Source: Octopus bimaculoides (lineage: Eukaryota). From it: DNA of 64,000 nt. This document shows, in pieces, positions 38,400 to 53,325 of the stretch; the first letter of the stretch is position 1; each line of letters starts with the position of its first letter. The translations under genes and the position numbers were made by a program. Location of the stretch: contig NC_068982.1 of NCBI RefSeq assembly GCF_001194135.2, positions 28,605,466 through 28,669,465 of the forward strand, in the 5' to 3' direction. The notes below the pieces were generated by a model, which was not told the DNA's origin, did no database searches, and saw only the letters and a program-made list of their open reading frames with translations.

Positions 38400-38689
38400 A
38401 ATAACAAGTAAATAGTGTAGCATTACATCATTCCTAATTGGAATGTTGGCCATTTCTGATGGCCAAAAGTCACTCGACAGTAAATCAAAATTCCATAAAT
38501 ACTTAATATTCAGTTTTATTTATTCATTCCAATTATGAATGTTTAATAATTGAATTCTGTGAGCTAAAATCACCGTTATTTTCAACATTTGTTTATTTAT
38601 TAGTGAAGTCATATAAAATAATTGTTTGTTTTAATCATAGAATTAAATGGCTTTGAGTTACTGTCAGGTGACGTTTGGCCAACCCTGTA
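38400..38689. mobile_element. Mariner/rosa-type transposon end fragment
   Basis: Ends tggccaaccctg+TA, i.e. the reverse complement of a CAGGGT-type TIR start; no partner TIR found. Confidence 0.35.
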
Positions 38690-39980
38690 TGAACAACGAT
38701 TAAAACTACTGTCCAGTGCAAATGTTAGGCATGATCAAACCTCACGGCCCATCATAAAATATGGTTATATTTGAAACCTAAATATTATGTGTACTCTTTA
38801 AGGCTCACGTCTGAGGCATTCATGACTTGCTCATTTCCATACATTCCTGTTTGTTGCCCCTAGCATTTCCAAAAGTCTCCAACTGCCAAAACTTATTCGA
38901 TCATCTTGCACCGCGCATCGAGAGAATCTGTCTCACTTCATCTCTTTCTGAAGTCGTTGTTTCTGTTGTTTTTTTTTAGGCCTGGGTTATGTTTGACCGA
39001 GCGGTTCTAAGATCATTTACACGTCGCCATCCTGTTTTGCATGTAAGACTTTGTATATCTAATGCATCCTTCATTTCTAAGGGAGTAGAATGTGTAATTC
39101 GAGGGAGTTTTAAATGCTATTTTTTGAAGCTCTAATGACTCTATGACTCTCTAGAGGTGTCTCTCGTTAGCTCATTGATTCTCTGAAGTTTTCATTTTCA
39201 ATGACGTCACTATTCACACCACCTCATGAATCTTGAATACCTTCTCCGAAAGCAGAATGTTTGCTATTCTAAACTAATCTACAACATGTACTAGTTAAAG
39301 GGGCAAACACTATGAATCTTAGTGTGTATCGTTACTTGTATTGGCATTACAATTGTCTTCTGGATTGTCAAGATTCATATGACCGTATAAACGCTTCTGA
39401 CATAATTGTCTCTTCTCTCTCTTCACTTCTGTTTTATTCTCCTTAGGTGTGTTACTGTAGAGGAGAAAAAAAGGAACGAACTGCTAAGCAGTAGGCTATC
39501 GAGCTTTGTTTTTACAAACTCTTAAGTTTAAAACGAATATAATTAATTACTATTTAATGTACAATGAGATCTCATCCTCCAAGTCACAGTTTAACTGTTA
39601 ATTTCTGTTACTATTTTCATAACAATGCATACAAAATTGAAAGCCAGGTCAGAAATACAAGTTTTGAGATGTGTCATGACCAATTAAATATGTTAAAATT
39701 TATTGGTATGCAAATTCTAGTTCTTTTAGCAAGAGTAATGGTCACACCATACGTCATGTAGAGTAGGTTATTTGTTGTATTTAGATATGGATCAACCATG
39801 CTAAAGCTGGCGTATGAGTGAAAACATTTCAGCTATGAGAAACAATTCTTTATATATCTAAGATTACGTTTTCAACTATCATAAAGGTGTAATTTGAAAT
39901 GAATTGGTTGTTCTTTTTAGCAAGTAGCAGCGAAAGCTTAAGAGCTCTCCCGTTAGGTCTATATTATAATACATAATATT

Positions 39981-40194
39981 GATTTCAAATTTGGCACAAG
40001 CCCTGAAATTTCGGGTAAGGGGATAAATCTATTACATCGATCCTAGTGCTCAACTGGTGCTTATCTTATCGAACACGAAATGATGAATGGCAAAGTCGAC
40101 CTTAGCGGTATTTGAACTCAGAACGGAAGGACAGACGAAATGTCCTTAACCATTTCGCCCGGCGTGCTAAAGAATCTGCAAGCAGGCCGAATTT
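39981..40194 (-). mobile_element. SINE family A with ~16-bp TSD (1 mismatch)
   Basis: tataata(c/t)ataatatt on both flanks. Confidence 0.85.
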
Positions 40195-40360
40195 ATAATA
40201 TATAATATTAAAATATGATCAGTTGAAATAAAACGAAAGTAACAGAGTGATCTTAAAACGAAAGAACTACACCACAGCTTTTTAAAAGAGAAAAGATTTA
40301 GTTCTTAATATATTACGAATTTATGAAACAAAATTCATATTTGATACAAAAGATCACTTT

Positions 40361-40504
40361 ATAGGCGCAGGCATGGGCTGCGGGGTCAAGAAGCTTACTT
40401 TTCAAGTATGCACGGCACCTTCAGGAAGTGTCCTCTATAGCCTCTGATCGACAAATATACTTTGTAAATTGATTTTGTTAGATGGAAACTATGTGAAAGC
40501 CCAT

Positions 40505-40544
<40 letters not shown>

Positions 40545-40750
40545 TGCGCGTGCGTGTGTGTGTGTATATGAATTTATGTATGTGTGTGTTTTTGTACTTA
40601 TATTTGTCCCCTTCTCACCGCTGATAACCGGTATTCTTTCGTCTACGTCCTTGTGACTTTGCTGTACGGTAGAAAAAGTATCAAACTTACAAAAAATAAC
40701 ATGACTGGCGTTTATTTGTCTGATTAAACCTTTCAGGGCGGTGACGAAAT
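40361..40750 (+). mobile_element. SINE family B, near full-length, with internal (TG)n
   Basis: ggcgcaggcatgg...ggcaccttcaggaagtgtcc...ggaaactatgtgaaagcccatc(TG)n...tail. Confidence 0.65.
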
Positions 40751-41536
40751 CGAGCTTAAGGTCTCTGAAGAGAATTATGCAAGTAGAAGAAATATAGATT
40801 ATTCAAATCACATGCATAAGCAATAAATTAAAGACTCCAAACTGTGGTATTTATTACATGACACCGCTCTACAATTTCGGATAATGTTGTGACACATACT
40901 TAAGAAACTATTCTTAAAAGTGTGATAAATTATACTTCTTATTTCAGCATACTTACCACTCTGGCATAAGTTTAGCTTGATGCTCCACTCGTATATCATG
41001 TGAAATTTCGCTTCCCGTTCCCTCCAACCTTTACCTACAGTAACCTCCAACCTCCAACGAATACAACCTTTTATCTGTTATTTATCTAAGTCACTGGACT
41101 GCATCCTGAAGTGTTAATCAGACAAATAAATACCAGTCGAGGGTGAATTATCCGTATTCATCGCTCCTGAATAGACATTGTTTCGTAGCGACGGTAAACT
41201 TTTGCTTTTCTTTATTAAAATACATCTAATAATGTTGAAATATACCTAGCCCGCGACTTAGCCGGTAATAAGTTCCACTTTCACTTAATGGTTGTGTGTG
41301 TGTGTGTGTGTGTCTTTCTATATAAAATGCGCTCACACACGCATAGTTTGCTGAATAAGAAACAATGAAGGAATATATTAATGTATACTATTTTAGTGGC
41401 TACGGATGTATTAAACCCTAACATCAACGCCACAACAGTAAATATAAGAAATTGCTACATATACCCGGATAATGTCTCAAGGATGTAGAGGAATTATGGT
41501 TACACAAAGATGATGCATTTCTCATGAATATAAATT

Positions 41537-41977
41537 GGTTTCAAATTCTGGCAGAAGGCCAGCAATTTCGCGGGTATGGCGCTAGTCGATTGCACCGCCC
41601 ACAGCGTTCAAACTGGTACTTATTTTATCGACGCTCAAAGGCAAAGTCGACCTCGCAGAATTTCAACTCAAAATGTAAAGACGGGTAAAGTGCAGCTAAG
41701 CATTTTGCCCGGCGTACTAACGATTTTGCCAGTTCGCTGAATTATCTCATGAATATAAATTAGTGGATTCAAATTTTGACACAAGGCCAGTAATTTTGGG
41801 GTGGGGATCGGTAATGTTCAACTAGAGTGTTCAACTGGTACTTATTTTAAATAAAACCGAAATAATGAAAGGCAAAGTTGACTTTGGCGGAATTTTAACT
41901 TAGAATGTAAAGACGGACGAAATGCCGCTAAGCATTTTGTTCGGCGTTGCTAAATATTCTGAAAACCGGCTGCCTTA
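41537..41977 (-). mobile_element. Tandem pair of SINE family A copies with a triplicated 17-bp target site
   Basis: tctcatgaatataaatt at 41520, 41745 and 41978. Confidence 0.9.
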
Positions 41978-42477
41978 TCTCATGAATATAAATTATTATG
42001 GAAAGCGTGTTTGACTGGAAACATAAATTAAACCGGGCTCCCTGGAATTTTATTTCAAATGATATGGCATTCACCATTTAAGGAAAGAATATATCTTGGT
42101 CATATGTAATGTTTGGCACTAATAAATATAATATTCGGCAATCTCACATTCTCCTGCAATTTTCTCTCTCACTTCTCTCTCACTCTCTTTTTTCTCCTAT
42201 CATAACTATATGTCTGTCTGCCTGTATGACTGCCTGTCTGTCTATGTGACTGCCAGTCTGTCTTTGATCTTTCTGTACCCTTTCTCAAAACTTTAATAAC
42301 AAATTTATGTTCAGTCCAATTCATTTTCCACTTCAGATCACGCGTGTGACAGTGCTTGTATGTTTGTGCATATGTGTGCGTGTGTGTGTCGTGTCTGTAA
42401 TACAATATAGACAGTGATTCCAAAGTTTCGCCAGTGTTAAAGAAAATATTAACCGCTCCAGTCTAGTCAGTCGCCTG

Positions 42478-42515
<38 letters not shown>

Positions 42516-42699
42516 ACATACATACATACATATATAAATGTGTGTGTGAATATATATACACACACACCTTAAACTTAGATACACAAATATGCACATACAT
42601 ACATGCGTGCATATACGCATGTGTATGTATGTGTGTATTGTTCCCTCCTGTGTGCCATTTGTCAGCATAAATTAAATATTGTCTGGGAACCAAAATTCT

Positions 42700-42822
42700 C
42701 AGCATGGAAAGAAAGGAAGAAAAGGAGAGGAGAAAGAGAAAGAGAGAGAGAGAGAGAGAGAAGGGAGAGAGAGGGGGAGAGAGAAGGGAGAGAGAGGGGG
42801 AGAGATAGGGAGAGAAAGAGAA

Positions 42823-42872
<50 letters not shown>
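42700..42872. repeat. (GA)n-rich purine tract
   Basis: Imperfect GA array. Confidence 0.9.
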
Positions 42873-42876
<4 letters not shown>

Positions 42877-45056
42877 GACGCCAACGCCGATGATTAGAAG
42901 AAATATGGAGCAGACGAGAGAGTTACAACAGATAACAAGAAATAGAGAGACATATTTATGAGTTCAATGAAATCATTTTATGATGGTGACGTCGGTGTTT
43001 GTGGTGTTGACGTAATGAGTAAAAGATTTTATTTCGTATAAGACTGGAGGAGGCCTTCATTACACAGTCTTTAATTTTAGGCCGTATATAATCCCTAGCT
43101 GTTGCTGCTGTTGTTGTAGTTGTTGCAGCTGATTTTAATATTGTTTTTATTGCTGCTGCTGATGAAGCTGCTGTCATTAGCATCAAACAAATTCTAACGA
43201 AAGGCTTTTTAGCCATGACAATTACACCTTTTTTATAGATGTGTAGGATCGAACTATCAAATGTACCATGAACTTACACTACAGGATATGGTACGATTTG
43301 AGGGAAATTTTGTAGTTATTTCTAGCAGGCCGAGCGGCAAATAATGACACCCTCGATATGTTAGCGATACGAGATTGTGAAAATATAAAAATTTAGGGGC
43401 GTTAACGTAATTTTCACGTCAGCTCATATCACCTTTCGAGTTCATGACTTGCAGTTTGTGGGATTTGTAAGATTGCCGATTTTCCCTAAGGGTCAAGATC
43501 TCGTTAAGATTCCACTCTTTTCTCTCCACGCCTTTTTACGTTTCCACAACTTTTCTCTCACTCGCTCTTATTGGAAACTTGAACATTTTGCATTTCATTC
43601 GGAGCCCAATTAAACATTTCTCACTCTATATATGTGTGTGTCTATTTATTTATTTATTTAGGTATAATGTATGTCTCTCTTTTTTTTCTCTCTGTGTCTG
43701 TCTGTCTGTTTCTTTCTCTNNNNNNNNNNNNNNNNNNNNNNNNNNNNNNNNNNNNNNNNNNNNNNNNNNNNNATCTATATATATTTATTTATTTATATAT
43801 ATATATACATGCATACATTTATTCGTGTATGCATGGTCATGTATGCATTTATGTATCGATATCTGTGTCTATATATGTATATATGAGCATAGATAGATAG
43901 ATAGATATACTGATAGATGAGTAGAAAGTCAGATAGATTCTTCACATTCTTTAAACGTTTATTTTTGCTTTTTTGCCGTTTTCAGTTATCAGACTCTCGC
44001 CATATTTGAGTACCTCCAATAGGGATTTAGTCGATTATATCAGCACCATTCCAAGTTCTTATTTTTCACTTTAATGCTTATGTTATCGACGTGAATTTGT
44101 GGAATTGCTGAAGTAAGCGATATAACAGAACACTAATATAAACTATACTAGTTTAAACTATACATTTCGTGCTATATTTTAGAAAGTAAAGCCGTAGTTG
44201 CAGACGATACTTTAAGTTCGGTTGTTATAGTCAACTGGATAGTTAATTTCCGACATTGAAATTTCAGCTACCTTAAATAATCTCAATCAACGTGTAAAAC
44301 GCATAGAACTCCACAAGCTTTAACATGACACAGGCTTCACATCTCCTAGAAATTAATTGACTTAAAACCTTTGAGTATTCGAGAACTGTGTTCAGCATGA
44401 TTTACAATGTTTGTTCTTGCATCAGTTCTGGAATTTGATTGTTTAGAAATGGATTCCGGAAACGTTTATGTCGGTCTACAGGAGCTGCTATATCCTCGCT
44501 TCACCTTTAAGAATTAGACTTGTATTATTTCCTGCTAGTTTGTCGTTCATCATTTTTTCCACATAGATCCAAGCTTGATGCTGCAGTTTCATAAGAAATT
44601 GCTATTGTCGGCCCATCAAAGCCGATGGTTTAAGACGTTTTCCTATTCCGATATGTCATGCAGCTCATGTATGTTGAATATACTTTTAAAACTGTTTTAA
44701 CAGTTCCAACTATTTTCCGTTTCCAGCAAATTCGTCTCATTCTAGTTGATATAGACGCATTTTTATAGGTCTGCAGCCAATTGTATCAAGACAGATACAC
44801 AAGTCATGATACACAAGCCATGATACACAAGTCATTATTACTAAATTCAAAGATATTTCCGACAATGTTTATGGAAGACTATTTCTGATAAACACAGTTC
44901 TTTAGACCTGACTAACACTTTCTGATTCTTTATTCTTAAATCATTACTTTTGGTCATTAGAAGTATTCAGTGGAATGAATTAATAACAATCCTAAATTCT
45001 TGACATGAAGATTTCTATGTTTCAGTTTCTTTAGACCATGCATGCACTGTGGGGTG

Positions 45057-45124
45057 TAATTCTGGTTTTATCTTGGAACATGTCACAGCATAATTCTGGT
45101 TTTATCTTGGAACATATCACAGCA
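45057..45124 (+). repeat. 34-bp tandem duplication
   Basis: taattctggttttatcttggaacat(g/a)tcacagca x2. Confidence 0.9.
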
Positions 45125-46359
45125 TACTTCTAATATAAACAATGTACTTCTCATATAAATATCATACTTCTAATATCAACTGATTCCTCGTCGTCGTTGA
45201 GCCATAGCATAAATTCATAGCATACATCCATAGATCCATAGCATAGAACTTAAACCATTAATGTCCTTAAAGAGACTGACGTAACAAAAGTTTCCACCAT
45301 TACGAAAAGTACTATCTTCAAATTTTACTATATTTTCCAATACCTTAAATAATCTTTCAACACCAAAACAATTGCACCAATTCTTGTTAAAAATAAATTT
45401 TAATATACCAGATAACAATAATAATGTTAGCAGTCTCTAAATTCATATTTTCATGTTATAGTGATAACAACTTCTATTAGGTCAATGAAAGCAATTATTC
45501 GTTATGAACGCGAAAGTCCAAACCGAATTTATTAATAAATAAATAATAAGTCACTATAATACTCCAATATTCGCATGTGAGACCCACTTATATAATGTAT
45601 TTGATAATCCAATGCTCTCATTGTGAGATCCCTCTTAAAAGTCATAGAGATATTAGTTTTAGTAAACCATAATTTTTCCAAGAAACATTTTGATCTAAGA
45701 CTTGTTTATGTATACCTGTTTAGGGGATGAAATTGTTGTTGAATGAATAACAGAATCTCAACGTATTTGTGCATATTTTCTGTTTTAATGACAAGACGCA
45801 AGGTGCCGGAGACATGAAACGAGTGCATGCAAGGGAGCAAATATCTCTACATGGAGGTAAGGCGCAGATAGCGGTATTAAACCGGTGAAGGAATGAAGGA
45901 ATAGCTCTAATACCCAGTCTGTTTCTCCGAGAAGTTTTCCCTAAATCAAATTTCAGTTTCAAGGGTTTCCGTTATGTTAAAAGATATTTGCTGAAGGTAT
46001 TACGTAATGGCTTTTGAATCTGAAAAGATATAGGTCTAATAGAAACTTCTAAATTATACAGCCATACTTGCAACAATGTGACAATTCGAATTGAAAGCGC
46101 CAATCGGAAGGAACGCACGAATCCAGAACTGCACTTGTCCGCCTGTTTATCAGTTATTTTTAGCGGTTAATCTCATTTTAGCTTGATATTATTCTCGAGA
46201 CCAATCCACTTTGTATTTGTAACTCGATCATCTCATAAAAATAATTGTGTAAATTTGTAAAATTAATACGCCGGAAAGATAAGTTGAAAGAGACGGGAAT
46301 TATGAAATAATACCACCGCTGTTTAAAATTTTTCACACATGTTTTAAAATACTTTATAT

Positions 46360-48104
<1,745 letters not shown>

Positions 48105-48493
48105 GTGCTTTCTTGACTGGCATGCGGCCATGTGTACGTTACACTTATTTCTGCGTGTCTGGATATCCGTGAGAATCTCAAAACGCTTGTGTGGGTAAAT
48201 CGCTATGTTACTAAACCTAATGCTTAAAAGGAATGTACCCCAATCAAAAAAACCCCTGGTAGCAAGCTTGCAAATTGGGGGCAGTTTCACAGAAACCGGG
48301 CGCAATAATTGCGAGAAATGACCTGATTCTTATAATATAGGCCTTGCAATTTCCTGAGAATTAAAGTTCCGAAATGAATATCTGTAAAGAATAAAATAAG
48401 ACGCAAACTCACACACACGCGCGCACACACGCACGCACACACGCACGCACACACACACACACACACATACACACACACACACAGACACACACA

Positions 48494-48526
<33 letters not shown>

Positions 48527-48649
48527 CCACACACACATATTTGACCTGAGTATCTCTAATACAAAAATAAATCATTAGATTACAAATCATTAGAATAGCA
48601 AAAATAAGTGCACTCATACACACACACATATACACACATTATCCTTATG

Positions 48650-49700
48650 GTTGTATATTCCTGTTTCATTCCCTTATTTACAGGTATCCAGTTTTTGTAC
48701 TCAACGTATCGAAAACATTTTGAAAAATTTTTGAGTAGTCGTCCTCATACACTTATTTATACAATTTTTTTCTTATGCTGTATACTCTTTCTTCATCGTT
48801 GTAATATGGCCATAAATTTTCGCCCTGATTAGTGGTAATGCAGTCCGTTATTGCGCTCCTCTGAGTGCGTGCATCTCCGTGAATTTTAAGTGTAGCGGGC
48901 CACAGAAGCCTAATTATTGCAGATACTGTGTAGTTTTCTTTGTTGAGTGCGAGGGCACATTATCTTGCATGAATATTTTGGTTGTCCTGAAGGTGATCCT
49001 TTGCTTTTTTAACGAAGCTTCAAGGTTCAAGGTGTTCCCTCAGAAAGGCTATGTAAGCATCCGCAGTTATTTTAGGATCGTCAGGCACTTCCCAATGACT
49101 AACCATAATGCCTCCGATAATACCTTCCCATATCATGATACCTTCTCCTCGTTGTTTGAGTTTCAAGCGTTGATGACGAACCCATCCATTTATAACCCAT
49201 CCCATGCTCCAACCATCAGGTCCATCAAGTATAGCACGAGTTTCGTATGCAGACAAAACTTTTGAAAAGTCTACCTTCATGCTATGTTCTACCCATTTCA
49301 GACAATTTTGTACGTGTATTTTGTTTAAACAAAGCCTTTTAACTGATGTCACTGGTTTACCGACCTTTTTCAGAAGACGGCATCGGGTAGTTCTGGACAC
49401 AGTTGTTTCGTCAATGCGCTTGAAAAGTTCTCCTCTTTTAAGACCTAGCTTCTTTACAGTTTCACGCTTAATTCGTGACAGAGTACATTGAGAAACAGCC
49501 CTCGATTAACCTTTGTCGGTTCTTTTACGTATCTTTATAGGAGTTGTAACAATTTTTTTCACAGTTTGGTGATATCCTCCTATTATTTTCGATATTTCTA
49601 ATGTTGATTTATCTTTTGCAAGTTCAGAAGTAGTAACAGATTACACTGAAGCAGTTACGTCACATTTTCGACCAACAATTATACGATTACCAGACCACTC
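48650..49700 (-). mobile_element. Degenerate Tc1/Tc3-like transposase (IS630-Tc1-mariner)
   Basis: HTH relic STLEISKIIGGYHQTVKK, ETRAILDGPDGW, GIMIWEGII, IFMQDNVPSH, ENLW; several stops and frameshifts; TIRs not resolved. Confidence 0.85.
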
Positions 49701-49909
49701 GTAATAATTTGGAACGCTGAAATTTAGTAGAAATCATGCAAATGGCTGCAGTTTGTTCACGTTTGCACAAAACCCCACGCTTTTTTTTTTACACACCACG
49801 CGTATACAACTGTTGCTATCATTCAGTGGAAATTTTGTTGAATTTCAACGGGTATATTTTAAATAGAATAAACAAATTTAACATCGTTAATAATTTGAAA
49901 CGCAACGAT

Positions 49910-50060
49910 AGGCTTCTTTCAGTTTTCGTCCATCAAGTCCACCCATAAGGCTTTGGTCGGCCCGAGGATATAGTAAAAGACACTTGCCCAACGTGCCACG
50001 CAGTGGGACTGAACCTGGAACCATTTGGCTGGGATGCAAACCTCTTACCACACAACCACG
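49910..50060 (-). mobile_element. SINE family B 5' part (tRNA head + CORE-like domain)
   Basis: Reverse complement: tggttgtgtgg (A box), ggttcagtccc (B box), ggcacgttgggcaagtgtc (MIR-core-like). Confidence 0.85.
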
Positions 50061-51161
50061 AAAAAAACCTAACAAAAAAAGAACAATCCAACTCATCAGT
50101 AGATTATAGGATTTTGTAAGACAATTTCTGTTAGATATTACCTATAGGTAATATCTATAGACCAATCTTTAAAGATGCCTATGATATAAGGCATGAAGTG
50201 ACAATCAGAATAGTCTGGAAAAAAATAATTTAAATTAAATAAAACAAATAGATTATAAGGATATAAGTAATATTAAAAGAATTGTGGAGCATGAACAGTA
50301 ACGAAATTAAAAGGCAACCCTCTCGATACATTTTGACTGACAAAAAAATCATCCTCTGTTGAGGAGCGCACTTCACGTCACTGTGATGTGAGAAATGCAT
50401 GAGTGAAAAACATTTATAAACCACTCACGGTGAGTCTGAAATCCATCACATTACCCCTAAATACACGTTATAGCTGTACTCTCATTGTTGGTAGAGTATG
50501 AGAGAATGTGATAATTAGTCTGGATCAATCTATTGCTAAACTGTATATATACACAGAAGACATAGATACATATAAATATGTATATATAAATGTGTATGTA
50601 TATGTACATTTACGTTTATATATATGCACATATATATGTGCATATGTGTATATATACATTTTTATATATACCTATGTATATATAGCCATATATACGAATC
50701 TGTGTTTGTGTGTTTGTGTGCATACGCACACGCTTACATCAATGCATTCCTAAACAAGCAAAAATACTTGTTTTTTTTTTTTTTTTAAACTCCAAATGGA
50801 AAAATAATTTGTATTTTACAGATACATTTCTAAGGCTTATTCATAATATTGAGTTTCGGGACCGAATCATTAGCAACTTAATCACTTACATATTTAAAAT
50901 TTCAAGTAATGATTATTTACATTGTAACGTATGCAAGTATGTGTATATGTATGTATGTATGTGTGTGTATATGTAAATATGTATGTATGTATATATCTAT
51001 ATATATATATATATATATGTTTATATGTATGTATATATGTATATGTATATATATACATACATACATACATACGTATATACAACAAATACCACACACACCG
51101 AAATGCATTACATATCTATCTGCTTAAATATCCATCTCTTCCTATGTGTGTGTGTGTTAAT

Positions 51162-51218
<57 letters not shown>

Positions 51219-51228
51219 ACACATATAT

Positions 51229-51642
51229 ATATTAAGTATGTGATTTATGTTATAGAACGAAGTTCAACAAATTCAATTATATTTTTCGTAAATGGAGGAG
51301 ATTAGATGTTAATATGGAATATAATATGTTTTATTTATTTCGCTATACGATCGTTTCGTACAGAACGACAATAAATTCATTTTAAGAATATGAGTTGTCA
51401 AAGAGTACTCATCAGTAGCACAATAAGAAAAAACATAATAAAAACTAAATAAAGAAAGGGGATTATAGAATTACAAGGGTATGGTGTTCTTAGTAATTTT
51501 TGTACTGTGTAATTACACATGAAAAAAAACATGTAGGAACAGCGAAATGAATAAAACATATTCTATTCCATATTAACATCTACGAAAAATATGATTGAAT
51601 TTGTCGAACTTCGTTCTATAACTTAAATCTTATACTTAATAT
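51229..51642. mobile_element. MITE-like element with ~100-bp TIRs
   Basis: 51229-51345 vs reverse complement of 51541-51642; one 14-nt insertion in the left arm. Confidence 0.75.
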
Positions 51643-51716
51643 ACTTATAATATAATATTTCATATCTACACACAGAGTATGCATGTATGTATGTATGTAT
51701 GTATGTATGTATGTAT

Positions 51717-52030
51717 CTTCTATTTTCTAATTATCATAAATCTTCCAATGAGGTGGGAGCCGGTTTCTAACAAAGATACAAGACTCCATCTTTGGGATGT
51801 AGCTAACACAGACAAATTCACACTTGAAACTTGAGAAAAGTCTTGCATATTTTTACTGTTCCACTCACACATTGGATTAACCGATCAATTTCTCTTTCTG
51901 AAAATCCCAGTTTATCCAGTTTCTCCTCTAAGCATTTACTAACAAAGCCTAGTGCTCCAATTATTATTTGTATGAATATGAATTCATAGTCTGGATATAG
52001 ACGCTGGAGATTTCGAAGCAGTTGTCCATA
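51717..52030 (-). mobile_element. 5'-truncated R4/Dong-like (RLE) non-LTR retrotransposon 3' end inside (TATG)n
   Basis: YGQLLRNLQRLYPDYEFIFIQIIIGALGFVSKCLEEKLDKLGF...GTVKICKTFLKFQV* plus ~100-nt 3' UTR; (TATG)n on both flanks. Confidence 0.7.
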
Positions 52031-52206
52031 ATGTATGTATGTATGTATGTATGTATGTATGTATGTATGTATGCATGTATGTATGTATGTATGTATGTAT
52101 GTATTTATGTATAAACTTGCTAAAGTGCTAAATAAATAATTATCCAATATTCACTTCAAACGATCTATACATACATTCATATATACACACTCATACATGT
52201 GTGTGT

Positions 52207-52250
<44 letters not shown>

Positions 52251-52657
52251 GTGTGTGTGTGCATGTACAAGTATATATATAATGTTATGAATATAATGGG
52301 AATTTATTTTCTGTTCATATATAAAAACTGCATTATTTGGTGAAAATTTTTTCACCTACAGGAATACTGGGTGAATACTGTCATTAAAATTATGGTATTA
52401 GTGAAAAATTACTACTTATCATCGGAAAACAAATAAAATTTCAAAAGGTCTATGAATCTGTCAGCAACAAATTAGATGAAATTATTTATAAACTTGTTGA
52501 CAGTACTCTTCATAGTGTGTAAGAGGATTTTGAACTAAAAAAACAACAAAATGCGAATACTAATGGAGGAAATGTGAAACAAAAATAAGGGTAAATGGTC
52601 GGGTAGAATATGACAGGGAGATTGTATATTGAAGAATGAGAAATAGTTTAGAATGAT

Positions 52658-52658
<1 letters not shown>

Positions 52659-52717
<59 letters not shown>
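52659..52717. repeat. (GA)n microsatellite
   Basis: Pure array. Confidence 0.95.
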
Positions 52718-52720
<3 letters not shown>

Positions 52721-53212
52721 CAAACAGACAGAGAGAAATAAAGGGAGGTAGAGAAAGAGGGAGAGAGAGTGAGAGGGAAAATAGTGTGAGACAAATAGAG
52801 CAAGTGAAAATCGCTGATGTGGACGGCAGCCGTAAAAAGAGAATAAGTATATGTGTGATGCGTTTTTGACAAGAGCGCAGTCATGTATATGGTGTACATA
52901 TTTCTGCGTGTTTGGATATCCATAAGAATTTGAGCATCCTTGAATGAGTAAATTACAACATTGCTGACCTTAATGTTTTTTCGTTAGGGTATATATACCC
53001 CAATAATTGCCTCAGAAAATAAAGTAGCATATTTTAGGACAGTACAAGAGAAAGCGGTTATTAGTAAATATGCTCCCTGTTATATAAGAAAATTACTTCC
53101 CATTTTCCATTAGTTAAACACAATAGTGAAATGGGTGCGAATAAAAGATGTGTCTGTTATTTTTTATTTACCAACATTCGAAAGCATCAACGAGAATTTA
53201 CTGCACGCAAGC

Positions 53213-53222
53213 ACACACACAT

Positions 53223-53294
<72 letters not shown>

Positions 53295-53325
53295 ATACAT
53301 GCACACAGACGCACACACACACACT
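53213..53325. repeat. (CA)n microsatellite
   Basis: Array. Confidence 0.95.

Noticed and set aside
40700-41145. Short inverted match between ~40700-40745 and ~41090-41145
   Set aside because: Explained by two oppositely oriented SINE B tail fragments.
41520-41994. Direct repeats with ~210-bp spacers, superficially CRISPR-like
   Set aside because: The spacers are SINE copies and the repeats are TSDs; eukaryotic context, no cas genes.
42956-43216. ORF MAKKPFVRICLMLMTAASSAAAIK... resembling a signal peptide plus Thr/Ala tract
   Set aside because: Built on degenerate GCT/GTT/GAT trinucleotide repeats; no splice or homology support.
48105-48212. Hypothesis that this and 52858-52965 are paralogous coding exons
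   Set aside because: Differences are evenly spread over codon positions (11/12/11) and the splice sites do not align between the copies.
49990-50060. tRNA-like A/B boxes (also in other SINE heads)
   Set aside because: No cloverleaf; they continue into SINE body sequence, so they are not tRNA genes.
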